DNA of 64,000 bases from an uncultured Acidobacteriota bacterium (GCA_963822445.1 CAWGHO010000001.1:416001-480000), one strand, 5' to 3'. Shown: positions 40,955 through 51,876, numbered from the stretch's first letter. Program-made: numbers and translations. Notes: generated from the sequence alone by a model not told the origin.

Positions 40955-41490
40955 TTGTCCTGATCAACGGCGCGTTCGGAATCGGCAAGACGACCGTCGC
41001 TCGTGCGCTGGTTGCCCGTCTGCCGCGCGCGGTGCTTTTCGACCCGGAGATCATCGGCATCGCTCTTCAACGTCTCCTGCGACTCGCCGGCCTGCATATC
41101 GACGATTTTCAGGATCTGAAACTGTGGCGGCGGCTCACCGTTGCCGGCCTTCGGATCGCGCGAGCGTTCCGGCCCAACGTCGTGGTTCCCATGGCGTTTT
41201 CAAACGGCGCGTATCTTCAGGAGATCCGCTCCGCACTCCATCGCTTCGAGCCCGACGTGTTTCACGTCTGCCTCGTCGCACCGGTGGAAGTGGTGCATGA
41301 GCGCTTGCGAGATCGCGGAGCGGATCCTACAAAGCACGCCTGGCAGTTTCGGCGAGCATCCGAGTGTTGCCGGATTCACGAAAGCGGAGACGAGTTTGGG
41401 ACGCGCGTGGATGCGAGCGGCCGCGATCCCCATCAACTGGCCGCGGAAGTGCTCGACCTGGTTCGCCGGGGCACGTCACTTGCCTGCTGA
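40951..41490 (+). CDS. P-loop kinase, TmrB/AAA_33-like
   Basis: INGAFGIGKTT, FDPE, DFQD..LWR; TTG start overlaps the upstream stop. Confidence 0.8.
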   Translation: MIVLINGAFGIGKTTVARALVARLPRAVLFDPEIIGIALQRLLRLAGLHIDDFQDLKLWRRLTVAGLRIARAFRPNVVVPMAFSNGAYLQEIRSALHRFEPDVFHVCLVAPVEVVHERLRDRGADPTKHAWQFRRASECCRIHESGDEFGTRVDASGRDPHQLAAEVLDLVRRGTSLAC

Positions 41491-41765
41491 TGCGACCCAT
41501 GGACGACGATGTAAATCAGATGTCCCGCGACCAGCTCATCGCGGAGGTCCAGCGTCTCCGCGATGGAGTCCGCGAGCATCGCGACAGCTCCGGACAGGAC
41601 CTCTGCTGGTTCCATCCGAAGCTGTGGAGCCTTCTGCCGGAGAAGACCGATCCTCTTCCCGACGTGCCGCCGTGGCCGGAGTTTCTGCGCGGCTGCGTGA
41701 AGTACCGCGAATCGCTCGACAAATCTCCTCGGCCCGCTACTGCGTCCCCGCCCGAAGCTCGGTGA
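41490..41765 (+). CDS. Conserved-looking hypothetical protein
   Basis: HRDSSGQDLCWFHP.LW.LLPE..FLRGC..YR; abuts the upstream stop. Confidence 0.65.
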   Translation: MRPMDDDVNQMSRDQLIAEVQRLRDGVREHRDSSGQDLCWFHPKLWSLLPEKTDPLPDVPPWPEFLRGCVKYRESLDKSPRPATASPPEAR

Positions 41766-44700
41766 TGTGCGCAGCCTTGATCGTCGTGCTCCCCGCGACC
41801 GGGCTCGGATCGGTGTAGCTGATCGCGGGCAGACCGATGGCCGCGCGCGCGGCATTCAAGTGCGTGCGCAGCTCGATGAGGTGTGAGAGCCGGATCGTCG
41901 CGCCCGTCGTCACCGCACTGAACGTAAAGGCCGACAGATTCCCGGCGGCGCGCATGGCATTGACCGCGGTCTGCAGTTCGGTGATGTGCACCGCCTTCGC
42001 GATGACTCCCGTAAGCGACGCGTCAGTGAAGACGAGCGTGGTCGCCGCGTCTGTCGCCGAGAGCGTCGATTCCGACCCCGACGCTACCGCGCTGACCTTG
42101 TACAGATAGGTCGTGTTCGCGCTCCGGCCGCCATCGTTGAACACCGTGGCGGCGACTTCGCCGATCGGCGCGAATACCCCCGACACCGACGTCGCGCGAT
42201 AGACGCGGTATGACGCAGCCCCGCTGACGGTCGACCAGCTCACGGTGACAGACGACGTGCCCGTAGCCGTTGCCGCGATGAACGGCGGCGGTCCGAACGA
42301 CGCCGGGTTCACGGTCTGCGTCAACGTCGACGACGTGCTGCCGTTGAAGTTGACGTTGCCGCCGTATTCGGCGGTGACCGAGTGCGAGCCCGTGCTCAGC
42401 GAGGACGTCGTGAACGTCGCGACGCCGCCGGAGATCGTGCCCGAGCCGATCGTCGTCGAGCCGTCCTTGAACGTGACCGTGCCACTGATCGTGCCGGAGG
42501 TTGCCGACGACACCGTCGCGGTGAACGTCACGCTCTGGCCGCTCGTCGACGGATTCTGCGAGGAGACGACCGACGTGGTGGTGTCGCCCTTCGCCGCGGT
42601 GAAGACGACCGATGCGTTGTCGAGGATGTTCGCCCCGTTGACCGTGCCGGTGATCGTGGCCGTCCCGGCGGAGGTCGACGACAGCGTGGCCGTGTAGGTG
42701 CCGTCGAGATTGTCGGTGATGGCGCTGAGCGTGCCGACCGTGGTCGCGAGCGTGACCGTGTCGCCGCCGTAGTTCATGGCGAAATTGCCGCTGTCCCTGA
42801 CTTCCACGGTGATCGCCGTCGATTCACTGGTGTCCAGCGACGTGTCCGCCGCGGTGATCTGACTGAGCCCGGCCGACGCGAGCTGGTTGCCCGCGGAAAA
42901 CCAGAGGTCACCGTGCGGAGGAATGTCCGTCGCGGAAATGGACTGTTCCGCCGGGGTCGCGGCCGTGTCGATCCACGCGTTTCCATGACGCGCGCGCAGA
43001 ACGAATTGCAACGGAACGGCGCCGGCGTCAGGCAGGAAGAAGAACGTGGCCTGCACGTCATAGCTGCTGTGCGTGAGGGTGTGAGTGCTGCGCCAGTAGA
43101 CGTTGGCGTCGCGGTTCGAATTGATTCCTGAGCCCGCGCCGCGCACGCCGAACGACGCTGCCGTGTGCGCCGAGAACTGCACCTCGCCAGGCGCGGTGAC
43201 GCCGTGATACGTCACGGTGACCGGCGCCGCGCCGGTCGCGAGTCCGACCGGGAAAAGATACGAGCCCGTTCCCGTCGCGATCCAGCGGCTGAATCCTTCT
43301 CCCTCGATCCAGCCGTCGGTACGCACGACGGCGGATGGAGACGTGTTCGTGACCTCGAGTTCGCCCACACCGCTCGGGGACACGGTCACCTTGCCGGCCT
43401 GCAGGTGCAGCGTGCCCGACACCCTGGCCGTAGTGTTCGGCGCGATCGAAGCGCCAGCGCCGTTGTTGATGGTCAGGTTGAAGTAGTCGAGTGTGTCGAT
43501 CGACTGCGCCGCGCTTCCTTCGAAGTGCACGGTCAGATTGGTGAGGGTCTTCGCGCCGTTGTACTGGCTGGCGAATGAATTGGAGGTGGCGATGCCGGTG
43601 ACGTAGGCCGTGCCCGTTCCGGTCAGCGCTCCGGTGATGACCGCATCCGCCACCGGAACGAACGTGCCATCGACGTTGATCGACGTCGCGCTGAAACTGT
43701 TGAACGCGGTGACTGTTGCGCCAGACGGAATCGACAACTGCGCGAACTGCAGCGTGCCGGCGTTGGCGATCGACGAGTGCACGGTGACGAGATCGATGAG
43801 GTTGAATGTCGAACCCGGCCCGACCATCAATGCGTTGAAGACCGTGATCTGCCCGCTCGACACCGAGCTCGCGCCGGTGATGCTGAGGTTGTAGTAGCTC
43901 AGCGCGGGCACGACCTGCGTGGGTCCGGAGAACTGCAGCGTGCCGAGGCCGCGGATGAAGAGGAGACTGGCGGCGTTGAAGTGGCCGGAGATGTCGAGCG
44001 TTCCGCCGCCGGTCATGGTGATCGCTCCGTTCCCAGCGGCGCTGGTTACGCGTAACGGCGTTGAATGGTTGGCCGTCCACTGCAACGTGCCGCCGGCGGC
44101 GACGGTCATCGCGCCGTAGCGGTGCGTGACCCCGCTGTTGTCGAAGGTGCAGGTGCCCTCGATGCGGAAGTTCTCGCCAGCACCAGGAAGAGTGTTGTTG
44201 CTCCAGCGCGCGCTGTCGGTGAAGTTGCCGGTGCCGGTGAAGACGTGCGTGCTGACCGTCACCGGCACCGCGGCGCTCGTGCTGCCGTCGTTGAAGTCGT
44301 CTCCGCTGTACGTCGCGGTGATCAAGTGGGATCCATCGGTGGAGAACGTCGTCGAGCACTGGGCCCGATCGTTCTCGACCGGTCTCGCATCGCAGCCGGT
44401 GATCGGCGAACCGTTGTCGAAGAATGCGACGGTGCCCGTGGCCGAATAGCCATCCGCGATCGTCGCGGTGAGCGTCACGTCCTGACCGCTCCAGGGCGTG
44501 TCGTCGGAGATCTGCACCGTGGTGATCGTCGTGTTGCGAGCGACCGCAGTGACGACATCCGACGGCTCGGACGTTCCATCGCCGGGATTCGAGCAGCTGG
44601 CGTCCTGATACGCGGTGGCCATCAGCAGGAACTCGTCGCCGGGGTCGTACTCACCGGACAGCGTCCAGTTCGTGGTCATGGAGTTGCCGCTGAAGCAGGG

Positions 44701-46395
44701 CGAGGCCGCGAGATGGACTTTCGGTCCGGAGACGTTCGCGTAGAGATCGAGCTGCAGGCTTTGCGTCGTAGCGAGGACGTTGCTCGAGGTGGTACTGAAG
44801 CGGATCAGCAGCGAGTCGCCGTCAGCCACCGCGCGGATGACCGTCGGCGCCGGCTGCCCGCCGGTGACGTCGACGGCGTTGTCGAAGATCGAGTTTCCGC
44901 GGATGACGTTGCCGGGGCCGACGCCGATCGCGCCGCCGGTGTTGTTGGCGATGACGTTCGGCGCGGTGAGGCTGCCGATGGTCGCGTACTTCACACCGGT
45001 GATCCCCGCTCCCCCGTTTCCGAGTGCCGCGTCGGTCGTCGCCGCGACGCCGATGCGGTTGCCGAGGATGGTCACGCCCGTGGAAAACGTGTCGCCGGCG
45101 ATGGCGGGTCCGGTGTTGCCGCTGATGACGTTGCCCTCACCTGACTCGCCACCGATCACGATGCCCGGCGCATCGCCGAAGGCAATGCCCGTGTTGTTGC
45201 CCGCGGCGATCGCTCCGCTGGCGTCGACGCCGAGGTAGTTGTTCTGGATGACCGTGCCGGTGGCGTTGGTGACGTTGATGGCGGTGTCGTTGCCGTTGAT
45301 CAGGTTGCGATCGGCATCGGACGGACCGCCGACCACGCAGGCCTGGCATCCATCGATGTTGACGCCGATGAGGTTGGCGATGCTCGTGCCGATCTGGTTC
45401 GCGGCCACGGTGTTCGCCGAGCCGTCATCGATCCTGATCGCGCTCTGGAAATCCTGCAGCGACAGGCCGCGCACGATGGCGTTCCTCACGTCCACGAGGT
45501 GCAGGCCGGTCATGCCGGCGACTCCGTCGAGGACGGGCATGGCCGTGTCGGTCGTGCCGTCGATGGTGACCGTGCGAGTGATGTCCGGCAGTGCCGAGAG
45601 CATTTGGACGGTGCCGCCGGCGAGGCCGAAGGTGATGAAGCGCTTCGCCGAGTCCGCGTCGGCGCTGGACAGGGTGATGGCGTTGCGCAACGTGTTCGTG
45701 CCCGAGTCGGCGGTGTCGGTGACCCGGAAGTTGAGATGGCGGACGGAAAAGGGATTGGTCGACTCTGCCGCGGTCATATTCGCCACCGACCAGAAGTAAT
45801 GAAGCGTCGTTGCGGCCGCGGGGATCGCGGGAGGCGTGGCGTTGCTCAGCGACGTCGTCAGGCCGGCAGCACTGAGCTGATATCCCAGCCAGTTGAAGGC
45901 AGCCGGCCGGCCGGAAAGGCCGGGGATGCCATCCCAGCGGATCCGCAGCTCGATCGCATTCGTGCCGGCCCAGCCCGTCCAGTCGCCGCCGTCCCCCTCC
46001 ATCCAGTCCCCGGCGCCGTCGCGAATCATGAGCGAGCTGGCGCCGCCGCCGAGGAGGAGCCGCGCATCGCCACGGAAGGGCAAGGTCACGCCGAAGCCCG
46101 TGCCTCCGCAGCAGACCTCCGAGGGGCCGGCGACATTGCCGTTCGCGGCCGTGCCACCAGTCGGCGTCGACGGCAGCGGATCGGTGTCGAGCTGCACGGA
46201 GATCGCAGTGCTCGACGCGGCGTTGATCTTCGCGACGTAAAGGTAGGTGTCGTCCCACGCCATCGACCAGTCGCCGCTGGCGTACGTGTACTCGCCGGAG
46301 TCGACAGTTCCATTGATGACGGGCTGTGCAGCCGCGGTCAGTCCGGCCAGGGCCAGCAGACAGGTGTAGAACGCGCGGAGACGCCAGACGTGCAT
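41737..46395 (-). CDS. Large secreted/surface protein: beta-helix repeats, Big_3 and invasin-type Ig domains, Fn3, repeated HITEL tail
   Basis: Signal peptide; VTDTADSG..TLR.AI, GNVISGN, HLITATYSGD, DNLDGTYTATL, YRVYR..NTTYLYKVSA. Confidence 0.85.
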   Translation of the reverse strand: MHVWRLRAFYTCLLALAGLTAAAQPVINGTVDSGEYTYASGDWSMAWDDTYLYVAKINAASSTAISVQLDTDPLPSTPTGGTAANGNVAGPSEVCCGGTGFGVTLPFRGDARLLLGGGASSLMIRDGAGDWMEGDGGDWTGWAGTNAIELRIRWDGIPGLSGRPAAFNWLGYQLSAAGLTTSLSNATPPAIPAAATTLHYFWSVANMTAAESTNPFSVRHLNFRVTDTADSGTNTLRNAITLSSADADSAKRFITFGLAGGTVQMLSALPDITRTVTIDGTTDTAMPVLDGVAGMTGLHLVDVRNAIVRGLSLQDFQSAIRIDDGSANTVAANQIGTSIANLIGVNIDGCQACVVGGPSDADRNLINGNDTAINVTNATGTVIQNNYLGVDASGAIAAGNNTGIAFGDAPGIVIGGESGEGNVISGNTGPAIAGDTFSTGVTILGNRIGVAATTDAALGNGGAGITGVKYATIGSLTAPNVIANNTGGAIGVGPGNVIRGNSIFDNAVDVTGGQPAPTVIRAVADGDSLLIRFSTTSSNVLATTQSLQLDLYANVSGPKVHLAASPCFSGNSMTTNWTLSGEYDPGDEFLLMATAYQDASCSNPGDGTSEPSDVVTAVARNTTITTVQISDDTPWSGQDVTLTATIADGYSATGTVAFFDNGSPITGCDARPVENDRAQCSTTFSTDGSHLITATYSGDDFNDGSTSAAVPVTVSTHVFTGTGNFTDSARWSNNTLPGAGENFRIEGTCTFDNSGVTHRYGAMTVAAGGTLQWTANHSTPLRVTSAAGNGAITMTGGGTLDISGHFNAASLLFIRGLGTLQFSGPTQVVPALSYYNLSITGASSVSSGQITVFNALMVGPGSTFNLIDLVTVHSSIANAGTLQFAQLSIPSGATVTAFNSFSATSINVDGTFVPVADAVITGALTGTGTAYVTGIATSNSFASQYNGAKTLTNLTVHFEGSAAQSIDTLDYFNLTINNGAGASIAPNTTARVSGTLHLQAGKVTVSPSGVGELEVTNTSPSAVVRTDGWIEGEGFSRWIATGTGSYLFPVGLATGAAPVTVTYHGVTAPGEVQFSAHTAASFGVRGAGSGINSNRDANVYWRSTHTLTHSSYDVQATFFFLPDAGAVPLQFVLRARHGNAWIDTAATPAEQSISATDIPPHGDLWFSAGNQLASAGLSQITAADTSLDTSESTAITVEVRDSGNFAMNYGGDTVTLATTVGTLSAITDNLDGTYTATLSSTSAGTATITGTVNGANILDNASVVFTAAKGDTTTSVVSSQNPSTSGQSVTFTATVSSATSGTISGTVTFKDGSTTIGSGTISGGVATFTTSSLSTGSHSVTAEYGGNVNFNGSTSSTLTQTVNPASFGPPPFIAATATGTSSVTVSWSTVSGAASYRVYRATSVSGVFAPIGEVAATVFNDGGRSANTTYLYKVSAVASGSESTLSATDAATTLVFTDASLTGVIAKAVHITELQTAVNAMRAAGNLSAFTFSAVTTGATIRLSHLIELRTHLNAARAAIGLPAISYTDPSPVAGSTTIKAAHITELRAGTQ

Positions 46396-46535
46396 CGGTA
46401 GAACTCGCTTTCTTCGGGGGTTTGTCGGAACGACGGATGAGCAAAAACGCGTGAGGTCGCGCAAGAAATCCAGCGACAACCCCGTCACGGCCTTGTTGCA
46501 AACGCGGCCGCTGACGCCATGCGATCATTCGCGCC

Positions 46536-47057
46536 ATGCGCAAACTGACCACGGTCGCTCTCTCGATTCTCGTCCTCTTCGCCTTTGCCGCTACGGCTGA
46601 CCACGACACGGCCAAGAAGCCGCTCAGCCCGCCGCAGGAAGTGAAGTACTCCGTCGGCACCAACAAGAACGTCACCATCAACTACAGCGCGCCGTCGAAG
46701 CGCGGCCGCGCGGTCATGGGCGCGCTCGTGCCGTACGGCAAGGTCTGGCGCACCGGCGCGAACGCCGCGACGACGCTCACCACCACCACCGACCTGATGA
46801 TCGGCAGCCTGCACGTCCCGGCCGGCAAGTACACGCTCTTCACGATTCCCGGCGAGAAGGAATGGACGCTGATCGTGAACAAGCAGACCGGCCAGTGGGG
46901 CACGAATTACGACGAGAAGCAGGACCTCGGCCGCGTGAAGATGACCGTCACGCCGCTGAAGACTCCCGCCGAGCAGTTCGGCATCGGCATCAACGCCAAA
47001 GCCCTGACCATGTCCTGGGAGAACACGCAGGTCAGCGTGCCGGTGATGGTGCATTGA
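46536..47057 (+). CDS. DUF2911 family protein
   Basis: LSP, YSAPSKRGR, LVPYGKVWRTGAN. Confidence 0.9.
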   Translation: MRKLTTVALSILVLFAFAATADHDTAKKPLSPPQEVKYSVGTNKNVTINYSAPSKRGRAVMGALVPYGKVWRTGANAATTLTTTTDLMIGSLHVPAGKYTLFTIPGEKEWTLIVNKQTGQWGTNYDEKQDLGRVKMTVTPLKTPAEQFGIGINAKALTMSWENTQVSVPVMVH

Positions 47058-48121
47058 AACGCGCGCTGATCGCGCTGCTCTCGCTCCTCGCCTTCCCCGT
47101 CTTCGCCCAGGAGACGATGTCGTTCGAGGAGTACGACCCGAAGTCGACCCTCGTCGTTCCGGAGCATCCGCGAACGCGCGCAAAGTTCCCGTTCATCGAC
47201 GTCCACAACCATCAGCGGAACGCGACCGACGTGGCGAAGCTCGTCGCGGACATGGATCGCATCAACATGGCCGTGATGGTGAACCTGAGCGGCGGGAGCG
47301 GCGACACGCTGGCAGCAGGTCTGGCGAAGCTGAAGTCGCCGCGGTTCATGACCTTCGCGAACGTCGATCTCCGCGCGATCGATGAACCGGACTTCGGCGC
47401 GAAGGCAGCGGCGCAACTCGAAGCGGACGTGAAGAACGGCGCGGCCGGGCTGAAAATCTTCAAGAACCTGGGGATGTCGCTCACCGACAAGTCGGGCAAG
47501 CGCGTTCGCACCGACGATCCGCGCCTCGATCCGATCTGGAAGAAGGCCGGCGAGCTGGGGATCCCGGTGCTGATTCACACCGGCGAGCCGGTGGCGTTCT
47601 GGTCGCCGGTCGACAAGCACAACGAGCGCTGGCTGGAGCTGCAGCAGTTCCCCGATCGCCGCCGCACCGATCCGAAGTTCGCGTCGTTCGAAGAGACGAT
47701 GACCGAGCAGCACAACGTCTTCCGCAAGCATTCGAAGACGAAGTTCATCAACGCCCACCTCGGATGGCTCGGCCACGACCTGACCCGCCTCGGCAAACTG
47801 ATGGACGAGCTGCCGAACATGTACACGGAGATCGGCGCGGTGCTCCACGAGCTGGGGCGGCAGCCCCGCGCCGCGCGCGCGTTCCTGATCAAGTACCAGG
47901 ACCGCGTGCTGTTCGGCAAAGACATCTGGAATCCGGAGGAGTACGCGACGTACTTTCGCGGGCTCGAGACCGAGGACGAGTACTTCGATTACTTCCGCAA
48001 GCGCCACGCCTTCTGGAAAATGTACGGCCTCGGCCTGCCGGACGACGTCCTGAAGAAGATCTACTACAAGAACGCGCTGCGGATCATCCCCGGGATCGAC
48101 AGGAGCAGATTTCCGCAGTAG
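47054..48121 (+). CDS. Secreted amidohydrolase (Amidohydro_2)
   Basis: IDVHNH, GLK, LIH, AHLG, RVLFGKD, YYKNA. Confidence 0.88.
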   Translation: MKRALIALLSLLAFPVFAQETMSFEEYDPKSTLVVPEHPRTRAKFPFIDVHNHQRNATDVAKLVADMDRINMAVMVNLSGGSGDTLAAGLAKLKSPRFMTFANVDLRAIDEPDFGAKAAAQLEADVKNGAAGLKIFKNLGMSLTDKSGKRVRTDDPRLDPIWKKAGELGIPVLIHTGEPVAFWSPVDKHNERWLELQQFPDRRRTDPKFASFEETMTEQHNVFRKHSKTKFINAHLGWLGHDLTRLGKLMDELPNMYTEIGAVLHELGRQPRAARAFLIKYQDRVLFGKDIWNPEEYATYFRGLETEDEYFDYFRKRHAFWKMYGLGLPDDVLKKIYYKNALRIIPGIDRSRFPQ

Positions 48122-48246
48122 AGCCTGGCCCGATCCGTGCTATACGCCTCACGAATCGTTTACTGAACAGAGAAGGGATGTGATCGGGCAACCAGCGCTG
48201 CATAGCCGAACTTTCCGAGCTGTATGACTTAAGGAGAGATTTTCAA

Positions 48247-48501
48247 ATGAAGAAGTTCATCACGTTGCTGTGCGCAGTTCTTCTCGTCACGGTCGTTGCC
48301 TGCAAGAAGGATGAGGTCGAGTCGACCGACACCGTCACCACGGACACCGTGGCCACGGACACCGCCACGGTGACCACCGAGACCACTTCCACGACGACCA
48401 TCTCGTCCGAGACCGACACGTCGGTCCAGACGAGCACCGACGCGACTGCCGGTACGACCGACACGTCTGCCACGGGCACCGTTTCCACCACCACCACCTA
48501 A
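48247..48501 (+). CDS. Small Thr/Asp/Ser-rich lipoprotein
   Basis: RBS AAGGAG; MKK-hydrophobic-VVAC lipobox; low-complexity tail. Confidence 0.85.
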   Translation: MKKFITLLCAVLLVTVVACKKDEVESTDTVTTDTVATDTATVTTETTSTTTISSETDTSVQTSTDATAGTTDTSATGTVSTTTT

Positions 48502-48511
48502 CCGTTCCGCA

Positions 48512-48541
48512 ACGCTCTCCCCGCTCCGGCGGGGAGAGCGT
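48512..48541 (+). terminator. Hairpin after the lipoprotein gene
   Basis: ACGCTCTCCCCGC-TCCG-GCGGGGAGAGCGT, 13-bp stem, weak U tail. Confidence 0.65.
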
Positions 48542-48561
48542 CATTTAGAATGCGCCGACCT

Positions 48562-51500
48562 ATGAGCGCATCGAGACCGGCGGCCCTCCTCCTCTCGCTC
48601 CTCCTCACCACCACAGTCCCCGCTCAAACAACGGGCCAGATCGATCCCGAGCTCCTCGCCGGGATGAAGGCCCGCACCATCGGGCCCGCGGCGATGAGCG
48701 GCCGCATCGCGGCGATCGACGTCGTCGAGTCGAACACCGACATCGTGTACGTCGGCGCGGCCACGGGCGGCGTCTGGAAATCGATGAACGGCGGATTGAG
48801 CTTCGCGCCGCTCTTCGACGATCAACCGGTCGCGGCGATCGGCGCGTTGAAGATCTTCCAGCCCAGTCCGGAGATCGTCTGGGTCGGCACGGGCGAAGGC
48901 AATCCGCGCAACTCCATGTCCGTCGGCAACGGCGTCTACAAATCCGTCGACGGCGGCAAGACCTGGCAGCACCTCGGCCTCGAGAAAACCGAGCGCATTC
49001 ACCGCATCGTCCTCCATCCGCGCGATCCCAACGTCGCTTGGGTCGCGGCGATGGGCCAGGCCTGGGGACAGAACGCCGACCGCGGCGTCTTCAAGACAAC
49101 GGACGGCGGCAGGACGTGGACGAAAGTCCTCTACGTCAACGAGCGCACCGGCGCGGCCGATCTGGTGATCGATCCCGTCAATCCGAACAAGCTCTTCGCG
49201 GCGATGTGGGAGTACCGCCGCTGGCCCTGGTTCTTCAACTCCGGCGGCCCAGGCTCCGGCCTGCACGTCTCGTACGACGGCGGCGCGACCTGGAAGAAAT
49301 TCACGGAAGAAGACGGGATGCCGAAAGGCGACCTCGGACGGATCGGCATCGCCATCGCCCGCTCGAATCCGAGCATCGTTTACGCCCTCGTCGAAGCCGA
49401 GAAGAGCGCGTTGCTTCGCTCCGATGACGGCGGCCGGAAGTGGACGGCCGTCAACACCGAGTACAACGTCGCCAGCCGCCCCTTCTACTACGCCGAGATC
49501 CACGTCGATACCGAGGATCCGAATCGCGTTTACAACCTGTATTCGCTCGTGTCACTGTCGACGGATGCAGGGAAGAGCTTCAAAACCCTGGTTCCCTTCG
49601 CCAAGGTCCATCCCGACTATCACGCTATGTGGATCAACCCCAGCGACGCGTCGCACATCTTCGTCGGCAACGACGGCGGCGTCGCGGAGAGCGAGGACCG
49701 CGGCAACAGCTGGCGCTTCGTGGCCACGCTGCCGCTCGCGCAGTACTACCACGTCGCCGTCGACAACGAGACGCCGTACAACGTCTACGGCGGCATGCAG
49801 GACAACGGCTCGTGGAAAGGGCCGAACACGACCTGGGAAACGACCGGCATCCGCAACTGGGACTGGCAGGAAGTGGGCTTCGGCGACGGCTTCGCCACTC
49901 TGCCGATTCCCGGCGATCCGATGACCGGATACGCGATGAGCCAGGAGGGCTACCTCGTCCGCTGGAACCTGCGCACCGGCGAGCGTAAGGACATCCGCCC
50001 GCCCGCGCCGGACGATGCGAGCGAGCTGCGCTTCAACTGGAACGCGGCCATCGCCCTGGATCCGTTCGACGCGAACACCATCTATTACGGCAGCCAGTTC
50101 GTGCACAAATCGACGAACCGCGGCGATTCCTGGACGGTGATCAGCCCGGATCTCACCAGCAACAGAAAGGAGTGGCAGCATCAGGGCCGCAGCGGCGGAC
50201 TGACGCTCGACGTCACCGGTGCCGAGAACTTCACCACGCTGATGACCATCGCCCCGAGCCCCATCGAGCGCGGCGTGATCTGGACCGGTTCGGACGACGG
50301 CCGCGTGCACGTCACGCGCGACGTCGGCGGAACCTGGACGAGTGTCGAGGCGAACATCAAAGGCGTGCCCGCGAACACGTGGGTCCCGGAGATCACCGCG
50401 TCTCGCCACGGAAACGGCACGGCCTTCATCGTGTTCGACGATCACCGCCGCTCGAACTGGACGCCGTACGTCTACCGCACCACCGATTACGGCAAGACCT
50501 GGACGTCGCTGGTTACGAAGACGATCCAGGGCTACGCGCTGTCGATCGAGCAGGATCCCGTCGATCCCGATCTCCTCTTCCTCGGCACGGAGTTCGGTCT
50601 CTGGGTGAGCAACGACGCCGGCAAGTCCTGGCTGAAGTGGACCCACGGCGTGCCGACGGTTTCGGTGATGGGGCTGGTCGTGCATCCGCGCGATCACGAT
50701 CTCGTCGTCGCCACGCACGGCCGCTCGGCGTTCGTGCTCGACGACATCCGTCCGCTGCGAACCGTGTCGAAAGAGACGCTCTCCGCGCCGCTGCATCTCT
50801 TCGAAGTGCCGGACGCGCAGTCCTACCGCACCCGCCAGAAGGAAGGCTCCCGATTCCTCGGCGACGCCGAATTCCGCGGCGAGAACGAGCCGTACGGCGC
50901 GCTCCTCACCTACTCGCTCAATCTCCCCGGCCTGCCCCATCCGACCGAAGAGAAGGAACGCGAGCGCAAGGAACAGGAGCGCGAGGCAGCGCGCAAAGTG
51001 CGCGTGCCGGAGACCGGCGTGCCGGTCGTGGTGGAGGATGTGCCGAAAGAACCGGAGGCTTCCGCGAAACCCGCGCCCAAACCGGAAACGCCTTCCGACA
51101 AACCGCCCCAGGTCGACATCGAAGTGAGCGACGCCAGCGGCAAAGTGATCCGCAAGTTCAAAGGCCCGGCGAAGCTCGGAATCAATCGCACGACCTGGGA
51201 CCTCGGCCGCGATCAGTTCAAGCGTCCCAAGAGCGACGACCCTCCGTCGGAGTTCCAGCCGCAGAGCGGACCGGAAGTGCCGCCGGGGACGTACACCGTG
51301 ACGGTGAAGTTCCGCGGCAATGAGGCGAAGCAGACCGTGCGGATTCTTCCCGATCCGCGCCATCCGATCGACGCGACCGCGCGGCAGGCAAATTACGACG
51401 CCGTCGTGCGCGCCGGAGCGCTGTACGAGGCCGTCACGAACGGCATCGAGCGCATCCGCCAGACCCGCACGGACATCGACGCCGTGCTGGCGAAACAGAA

Positions 51501-51876
51501 GAAGGACGACGATCCCGCCGCCGCTTCGACAGCGGAGAAGACACCCGACCCGATCACGAAAGCGGGCGGGGATCTGAAGAAGAAGCTCGACGCGATGGAG
51601 AAGCGCCTCTGGGTCCCGCCCAAGACGAAGGGAATCGTCGCGGAGACGGACGTCCTGAACAAGATCACCTACCCGCTGTTCTCGCTGCAGTCGTCGTGGG
51701 ACGCGCCGACCCCGTCGCAACTCGCCTACCTCGACCGGGCCGAGGCCGAACTAAGGAAGATCCTGGCGGACTACAACCGCCTCTTCGCCGAAGACGTCGC
51801 CCGCTTCCGCGAGGAAGTGAGGAAAGGGAACGTGCAGTTGTTGCCCGAGGTCGAGCCGATCGAGATCAAGAAGTAG
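48562..51876 (+). CDS. Secreted BNR/Asp-box (VPS10/sortilin-like) beta-propeller protein
   Basis: IGPAAMSGRI, many SxDGGxTW boxes, GGMQDNGSW. Confidence 0.9.
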   Translation: MSASRPAALLLSLLLTTTVPAQTTGQIDPELLAGMKARTIGPAAMSGRIAAIDVVESNTDIVYVGAATGGVWKSMNGGLSFAPLFDDQPVAAIGALKIFQPSPEIVWVGTGEGNPRNSMSVGNGVYKSVDGGKTWQHLGLEKTERIHRIVLHPRDPNVAWVAAMGQAWGQNADRGVFKTTDGGRTWTKVLYVNERTGAADLVIDPVNPNKLFAAMWEYRRWPWFFNSGGPGSGLHVSYDGGATWKKFTEEDGMPKGDLGRIGIAIARSNPSIVYALVEAEKSALLRSDDGGRKWTAVNTEYNVASRPFYYAEIHVDTEDPNRVYNLYSLVSLSTDAGKSFKTLVPFAKVHPDYHAMWINPSDASHIFVGNDGGVAESEDRGNSWRFVATLPLAQYYHVAVDNETPYNVYGGMQDNGSWKGPNTTWETTGIRNWDWQEVGFGDGFATLPIPGDPMTGYAMSQEGYLVRWNLRTGERKDIRPPAPDDASELRFNWNAAIALDPFDANTIYYGSQFVHKSTNRGDSWTVISPDLTSNRKEWQHQGRSGGLTLDVTGAENFTTLMTIAPSPIERGVIWTGSDDGRVHVTRDVGGTWTSVEANIKGVPANTWVPEITASRHGNGTAFIVFDDHRRSNWTPYVYRTTDYGKTWTSLVTKTIQGYALSIEQDPVDPDLLFLGTEFGLWVSNDAGKSWLKWTHGVPTVSVMGLVVHPRDHDLVVATHGRSAFVLDDIRPLRTVSKETLSAPLHLFEVPDAQSYRTRQKEGSRFLGDAEFRGENEPYGALLTYSLNLPGLPHPTEEKERERKEQEREAARKVRVPETGVPVVVEDVPKEPEASAKPAPKPETPSDKPPQVDIEVSDASGKVIRKFKGPAKLGINRTTWDLGRDQFKRPKSDDPPSEFQPQSGPEVPPGTYTVTVKFRGNEAKQTVRILPDPRHPIDATARQANYDAVVRAGALYEAVTNGIERIRQTRTDIDAVLAKQKKDDDPAAASTAEKTPDPITKAGGDLKKKLDAMEKRLWVPPKTKGIVAETDVLNKITYPLFSLQSSWDAPTPSQLAYLDRAEAELRKILADYNRLFAEDVARFREEVRKGNVQLLPEVEPIEIKK

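Noticed and set aside
48247-48501. Thr/Asp-rich small ORF as the graspetide precursor
   Set aside because: It has a lipoprotein signal and its own hairpin, lies 4.8 kb from the ligase and lacks regular cores; the astacin tail is a better candidate.
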